From an uncultured Chloroflexia bacterium (GTDB lineage: Bacteria; Chloroflexota; Limnocylindria; Limnocylindrales; CSP1-4), in the NCBI GenBank assembly GCA_963833225.1, contig CAWHXD010000019.1, positions 288,001 to 352,000 on the forward strand: DNA of 64,000 bases. The letters run 5' to 3'. Both the position numbers and the translations under genes were made by a program. How positions within the stretch are numbered: position 1 is the first letter of the stretch; every line of letters begins with the position of its first letter. Under the pieces are notes generated by a model. It was not told the origin of the DNA, made no database searches, and saw only the letters and a list, made by a program, of their open reading frames with translations. This document shows positions 58,969-64,000 of the stretch, piece by piece.

Positions 58969-59883
58969 ATGAAGCTCGGCTTCCTGACCGCCCCGTTCCC
59001 CGAGACCCCGCTGATGGAGGTGGCCGACTGGGCCGCCGACTCGGGGTTCGAGGTCCTTGAGATTGCCTGCTGGCCGAGGAGCGAGGGGCCCACCCGTCGC
59101 TACGCCGGGACGAGCCACATCGACGTCGCCAACCTGTCCGCGGACCAGGCGAAGGACATCCGGGCCGAGGTCGAGGGCAAGGGCCTGTCCATCTCGGGCC
59201 TCGGCTTCTACCCCAACCCGCTCCACCCGGACCCCGAGCTCCGGGCATCCGCGATCGGCCACCTCAAGAAGGTGATCGACGCCGCCGAGAAGATGGACAT
59301 CGAGCTCGTCAACACGTTCATGGGCGGGGACGCGGCGATGAACCAGGACCAGAACTGGGAGGAGGCGCTCCGCGTCTGGCCCGACCTCGTCCGGTACGCG
59401 CAGGACCACGGGCGCAAGATCACGCTCGAGAACTGCCCGATGCTGTTCAGCTACGACGAGTGGCCGGGTGGCCACAACATCGCCACCACGCCCCGGATGT
59501 GGCGCCGGATCCTGGAGCAGTGGGCGGGCACGATCGGGCTCAACTTCGACCCGAGCCATCTCGTGCTCCAGATGATCGACACCGGCCGGTTCCTCAAGGA
59601 GTTCGGCGCCCACGTGCTCCACTACCAGGCCAAGGACCTGATGATCGACCGGGACGGCCTGTACGAACGCGGCATCTTCAGCATGGGCATGGGCTGGCAG
59701 ATCCCGCGGATCCCCGGTCTCGGCGACGTCGACTGGGGGATCGTGCACGGCGAGCTCTATCGCCAGGGCTACCAGGGCGACTGCATCATCGAACACGAGG
59801 ATCGCCGGTTCGAGGGCACGGACGAGAAGGTCAAGCAGGGGTTCCTGATCGCCCGGGATGTCCTCCGACCGTACTGCCACTGA
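58969..59883 (+). CDS. Sugar phosphate isomerase/epimerase (IolE / AP-endonuclease-2 TIM barrel)
   Basis: LENCPM, GLNFDPSHL, HYQAKD, RIPGLGDVDW, IIEHED metal-binding pattern. Confidence 0.9.
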   Translation: MKLGFLTAPFPETPLMEVADWAADSGFEVLEIACWPRSEGPTRRYAGTSHIDVANLSADQAKDIRAEVEGKGLSISGLGFYPNPLHPDPELRASAIGHLKKVIDAAEKMDIELVNTFMGGDAAMNQDQNWEEALRVWPDLVRYAQDHGRKITLENCPMLFSYDEWPGGHNIATTPRMWRRILEQWAGTIGLNFDPSHLVLQMIDTGRFLKEFGAHVLHYQAKDLMIDRDGLYERGIFSMGMGWQIPRIPGLGDVDWGIVHGELYRQGYQGDCIIEHEDRRFEGTDEKVKQGFLIARDVLRPYCH

Positions 59884-59919
59884 TCGTCCGAGCCTCGATC
59901 TGACCCGACACGGAGCACC

Positions 59920-60666
59920 ATGACTATCGACATCGCCGACCTCACCGAGCGCGACATCGCCAAGACCATCGACCACAGCCTGCTCCGCCCCGAGCTGGAC
60001 GACGCCTTCGTTGAGGCCGGCTGCCGGCTGGCGGCGAGGTATGACGTGGCATCCGTGTGCGTCCGCCCGGTGGACGTGCGGCGCGCGAAGGCGATCCTCG
60101 ATGGCACCGACGTTGCGGTTGGCACGACCATCGGCTTCCCGCACGGCAACCACGCCACCGAGACCAAGGTGTTCGAGGCCCGGCGGGCGCTGGCCGACGG
60201 CGCCACCGAGCTGGACATGGTCCTCCAGATCGGCGCGCTCAAGTCCGGCCGCGACCAGGAGGTGGAGGACGACATCCGGGCGGTGGTCGAGGTCGCCCAT
60301 GCCGCCGGCGCCATCGTCAAGGTGATCTTTGAGAACGCCTATCTCACCGACGAGGAGAAGATCCGGGCCTGCCGGCTCACCGAGGCGGCGGGCGGCGACT
60401 TCGTGAAGACGTCCACGGGCTTCGCGCCCTCGGGCGCCACCCACGAGGACCTGCGGCTGATGCGGGCGAACACCAGCCCACACGTGCGGGTCAAGGCGGC
60501 CGGCGGCGTCCGCACGCTGGACGCGCTGCTGGCCGTGATGGAGCTGGGCGTGACCCGGATCGGCGCCACCGCCACCGAGACGATCATCCTGGACTTCCGG
60601 GGCCGCAAGGCCGGTGAGGCCGGCGATCGGGCGGCAGCGAGCGTGCTCGACGGGACGGGCTACTGA
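59920..60666 (+). CDS. deoC: Deoxyribose-phosphate aldolase
   Basis: IDHSLL, IGFPHG, ELDMV, VKVIFE, FVKTSTGF, VKAAGGVRT, RIG. Confidence 0.93.
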   Translation: MTIDIADLTERDIAKTIDHSLLRPELDDAFVEAGCRLAARYDVASVCVRPVDVRRAKAILDGTDVAVGTTIGFPHGNHATETKVFEARRALADGATELDMVLQIGALKSGRDQEVEDDIRAVVEVAHAAGAIVKVIFENAYLTDEEKIRACRLTEAAGGDFVKTSTGFAPSGATHEDLRLMRANTSPHVRVKAAGGVRTLDALLAVMELGVTRIGATATETIILDFRGRKAGEAGDRAAASVLDGTGY

Positions 60667-61746
60667 TGACCGTCCGCGTCGGGATGCTGGGCTGCGGGTT
60701 CATCGGGGAGTTCCACGCGCTCGGCCTGCGCTACGTCCGCGACGCACAGCTCGTCGCCAGCTGCGACGCCAGCCCGGAGCGCCGCGACGCCTACGCGGCG
60801 CGGTTTGGGGGCCGGGCCTATGCCACGGTGGACGAGGTGTGCGCCGATCCCGAGGTGGACCTCGTGATCGTGTCGCTGCCCAACCACCTGCACCGCGACG
60901 CGGTTCTCGCGGCGGCCGCGGCCGGCAAGGGGGTCGCCTGCACCAAGCCGCTCGGGCGCAACGCCGGCGAGTCGGCCGACATGCTGCGTGCGGTCCGCGA
61001 CGCGGGCGTGTTCAACGCCTACCTCGAGAACGTGATCTTCAACCCCGACCTGCTCCGGATGCGCGACATGGTCGAGGCGGGCTCCATCGGCCGGCTCACG
61101 ACCGTGCGGGCCCGCGAAGGGCATTCCGGGCCGCACGCCGCCCACTTCTGGGACGCAGAGCTGGCCGGCGGCGGGCGCGCTGCTGGACATGGCCTCGCAC
61201 GGCGCCGAGTACGCGCGGTTCCTGTTCGGCAAGGACCTCGCGGTGACGGACGTGTTCGCCTGGGGCGCCACCCTGGTCCACGGCGAGCGGACCGGGGGCG
61301 AGGACAACGCCGTGATGGTCATGCGCTTCGCTGATGGACGCGCGGCGACGGTCGACGTCTCGTGGTCGTCGAAGGGCGGTCTCGAGGGCCGGTTCGAGGC
61401 CTACGGCGATGGCGGGCGGCTGATCACGGACATCAGCGTCGGGTCGCTCAAGGCGTTCGTGGAGCGGCCGTCGGGCTACGTGGTGGAGAAGGCGGACGCC
61501 GAGACGGGCTGGATCTTCCCCGTGCCCGACGAGGTGCGCGTGCACGGCCACGACCTGATGATGGCGGACGTGATCGGCGCCTTCGCCGACGCCCGGGCGC
61601 CTCGGGAGACGTTCCGGGACGGGTACGTCGTCAACGGGATCCTCGACGCTGCGTACCGGTCCCTCCGATCCGGCCGCTGGGAGCCCGTGACGCTCGAAGC
61701 CTCGCTGCTCGCCGGGCCGGCCATGGCTGCGGGGCATACCGCGTGA
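60666..61746 (+). CDS. Gfo/Idh/MocA-family oxidoreductase (paralogue of 53205); +1 frameshift near 61174
   Basis: LGCGFIG, LPNHLH, CTKPL, REGHSGPH..FWD..GGG / ALLDMASHG..YVVEKAD..TGW.FPV.DE. Confidence 0.85.
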
Positions 61747-62564
61747 CGGGCCCCGTCCTGGCCACGCCCGCTGTGCCGGTGACCGCGGCGGACACCTGGC
61801 TGCGGGCGGCCGCAGACGTGCTCGCCCGTGTCGCGAGCACCCAGGCCGCGGGGATCGAGACCGCCAGTCGCTGGTGCGCCGACGCGATCGCCGCCGACGG
61901 CCTGGTCCACCTGTTCGGCACCGGGCACTCGCGGATGCCGGTCGAGGAGATGTTCCCGCGCTACGGGTCGTACCCGGGGTTCAACCCGATCGTCGAGCTG
62001 TCGATGACCTTCCACACCCAGGTGGTGGGCGCCAACGGCCAGCGGCAGGCGATGTTCATCGAGCGCCAGCCCGGGCTGGCCGAGGTCATCCTGTCCAACT
62101 TCCGGTTCGGACCACTGGACGTGATGATGATCTTCTCGGCAAGCGGCCTGACCGCGGTCCCCGTTGAGATGGCGCTGGGTGCCAGGGCGCGCGGAATGCG
62201 GGTGATCGCCGTCACGTCCGTGGACCAGTCGATGTCCGCGGAGCCCGAGCCCGCCGCGGGCCGCCGCCTGCTCGATGTCGCCGATCTCGTGCTGGACCTG
62301 TGCTCTCCTCATGCGGACGCAGCGGTGACGATCCACGGGCTGGACAGTCCGGTTGGCCCTGTGTCGACCATCGGGGCAGTCGCCATCGTCAATGCCATCA
62401 AGTCCCGGACCGCCGAGCTCCTCGTGGAGCGCGGGGCCATGCCCCCGGTCATCAGCCGCGCGAGCGCGGTCGGTGCTCAGCGGTCGAGGGAGCTGTTCGA
62501 CGAAGCCTATCGAGAGCATGCACGGCGGCTCGCCCATGCGATCGACCAGCAAGGAGGTGCGTGA
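61743..62564 (+). CDS. SIS-domain sugar isomerase-like protein (UPF0309-like)
   Basis: HLFGTGHSRMP.EEMFPRYG, IFSASG, VIAVTS, GPVST. Confidence 0.85.
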   Translation: MTGPVLATPAVPVTAADTWLRAAADVLARVASTQAAGIETASRWCADAIAADGLVHLFGTGHSRMPVEEMFPRYGSYPGFNPIVELSMTFHTQVVGANGQRQAMFIERQPGLAEVILSNFRFGPLDVMMIFSASGLTAVPVEMALGARARGMRVIAVTSVDQSMSAEPEPAAGRRLLDVADLVLDLCSPHADAAVTIHGLDSPVGPVSTIGAVAIVNAIKSRTAELLVERGAMPPVISRASAVGAQRSRELFDEAYREHARRLAHAIDQQGGA

Positions 62565-62656
62565 CGCCCCAAGGACTCAGCGACATTGCCAAGGGTTCCT
62601 GGCGGACCTCGACTCTTCCTGGAGTCACCGGCCGCCACAAGGAGGAGAAGGACTAG

Positions 62657-63850
62657 ATGAAGCAACTCAAGACGGCCCGCGGCCTGGTCGCGATCGGTGT
62701 GATCGCGATCATCGTGGGCGCATGCAGCGGCGGTGCTGCCACCCAGGCCCCGGCCACGTCGGCTCCGGCCACGGCGGCTCCGGCGGAGTCGATGGCCCCC
62801 GAGAGCATGGCTCCCGAGAGCATGGCCCCGGCGGCGACCGGCCCGTTCGCCATCGGATACTCGAACGGCGGCGGCGTGGGCAACGGGTTCCGCGAGGAGC
62901 AGGTCTGCACCGCGAAGGCCGAGGCAGCGGCACTGGGCACGGACAAGATTTCCGGGCTGAACGTCATCCACCGCAACACCGATGCTGCCGGACAGCTGTC
63001 GGACCTGCGGGACCTGATCTCGGCGGGCGTCAACGCGCTCGTGTTCAACCCGAATGACCCGGATGCGCTCAACCCGGCCCTGGCCCAGGCGAATGCGGCT
63101 GGGATCGTGACCGTATCGGTTGACGCCTATGTCACCGACCCGGACACGTGGAACTTGTACAACAACCAGGTCAAGTACGCGGAACTCGGCGCCAAGTGGC
63201 TGTTCGACCAGATCGGCGGCAAGGGCACCGTGTGGTACACCCGCGGGCTCGCCGGCCATCCGGCCGACTCCGACCGCGACATCGGGTTCAAGAACGTCCT
63301 CAAGGACTACCCGGACATCAAGATCGTCCCGGACGCGAACGGCGTGTTCACGGGCTGGGATCCGGCCACGACCACCAACCTGGCCAACGACTTCATCGCC
63401 AGCGGCCAGTACGACAAGATCGACGGCATCTGGGCATCCGGCATGGGCGCCCAGATCGTTGACGCGATCAAGGCCGCCAACAAGCCCTTCGTGCCGATCG
63501 CCGACGCCGACATCGGTGCGTTCGTCGCGCAGCTGCTCAATCCGACCGACTACCCGGGCCTGGTCGGCGCGGCCGTGACCAACACGGCCTCCGTCGGCGG
63601 CGCCGGTGTCAATCTGGCGTACAAGCTGCTCAGTGGCGAGACGGTCGAGCAGACCCCGGGCGCGGGGCGCCCGAACACGATCCTGCTTGACCCGCAGGTT
63701 CTGGACAACACCACCGACCAGGGCAAGACTGACCTCCAGGCGTGGATCTCCGTTCCCAACATGGATCCGCTCTGGCCGCTCAGCCTGTCGATCCCGGGTT
63801 GGACCGACTACGATCCCAACACGGTTCCGTCGACCTGCCAGGGCGGCTGA
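62657..63850 (+). CDS. Sugar ABC transporter substrate-binding lipoprotein
   Basis: Lipobox VGAC, (MAPES)3 linker, type-I periplasmic binding protein motifs IGYSN, QLSDLRDLI..GV.AL.FNP, VSVD; AGGAG RBS. Confidence 0.9.
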   Translation: MKQLKTARGLVAIGVIAIIVGACSGGAATQAPATSAPATAAPAESMAPESMAPESMAPAATGPFAIGYSNGGGVGNGFREEQVCTAKAEAAALGTDKISGLNVIHRNTDAAGQLSDLRDLISAGVNALVFNPNDPDALNPALAQANAAGIVTVSVDAYVTDPDTWNLYNNQVKYAELGAKWLFDQIGGKGTVWYTRGLAGHPADSDRDIGFKNVLKDYPDIKIVPDANGVFTGWDPATTTNLANDFIASGQYDKIDGIWASGMGAQIVDAIKAANKPFVPIADADIGAFVAQLLNPTDYPGLVGAAVTNTASVGGAGVNLAYKLLSGETVEQTPGAGRPNTILLDPQVLDNTTDQGKTDLQAWISVPNMDPLWPLSLSIPGWTDYDPNTVPSTCQGG

Positions 63851-63868
63851 ACTCGATCCCCATCAACC

Positions 63869-63897
63869 GGGGGACGCCGGCCGAGCCGGCGTCCCCC
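63869..63897 (+). terminator. Perfect 13-bp stem hairpin after the SBP gene
   Basis: GGGGGACGCCGGC-CGA-GCCGGCGTCCCCC; typical position for an intra-operon mRNA stabiliser or attenuator. Confidence 0.65.
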
Positions 63898-63917
63898 TCA
63901 TCCTCAATCGGGAGCCC

Positions 63918-64000
63918 ATGACGTCCACCGATACCGATCTCCTGCTCGAGGCGACAGGAGTCTCTAAGGCATATGGCGCGGTTGTTGCGCTCACATCGGC
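63918..64000 (+). CDS. Sugar ABC transporter ATP-binding protein, 5' end (runs off the window)
   Basis: MTSTDTDLLLEATGVSKAYGAVVAL is an RbsA-type N-terminus; GGAG RBS. Confidence 0.75.
   Translation, partial: MTSTDTDLLLEATGVSKAYGAVVALTS

Overview
High-GC bacterial chromosomal segment. Gene content and style suggest Chloroflexota, possibly Limnocylindria; this is inference only. No rRNA, tRNA, CRISPR array or transposase is visible. In order, the window holds: (1) the 3' part of pheA, a HerA/DUF853 ATPase, a Phd-VapC toxin-antitoxin pair, a decayed formaldehyde-activating enzyme (fae) gene, and acyl-CoA dehydrogenase, ADP-forming acyl-CoA ligase and macrodomain genes; (2) a ~20 kb surface-glycan locus with GT2, three GT4s, a GT-C-like membrane protein, a P-loop kinase-Wzx flippase fusion and three secreted beta-helix proteins, one with apparent cohesin and dockerin modules; (3) a MoaD-MoaE fusion, an orphan divergent lysine 5,6-aminomutase alpha-like gene, and an HxlR/HtrA pair; (4) tyrosine phenol-lyase abutting a complete cobalamin-dependent demethylation hub (three non-pyrrolysine MttB paralogues, corrinoid protein, RACo/RamA activator, MetF-MetV fusion, pterin-binding methyltransferase, DUF1638, URO-D-family protein), with long intergenic hairpins upstream of tpl and downstream of the pterin methyltransferase; (5) a two-component system and a ROK-associated sugar catabolic and ABC uptake cluster (3 Gfo/Idh/MocA, IolE-like TIM barrel, DeoC, SIS, NagB-like) interrupted by an HTH-nuclease-like gene. 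The best candidates for an undescribed system are the TPL-coupled MttB demethylation hub and the kinase-flippase glycan locus. Several single-base frameshifts in short G/C runs look like long-read assembly errors. All family calls come from motif recognition by eye, not database searches.
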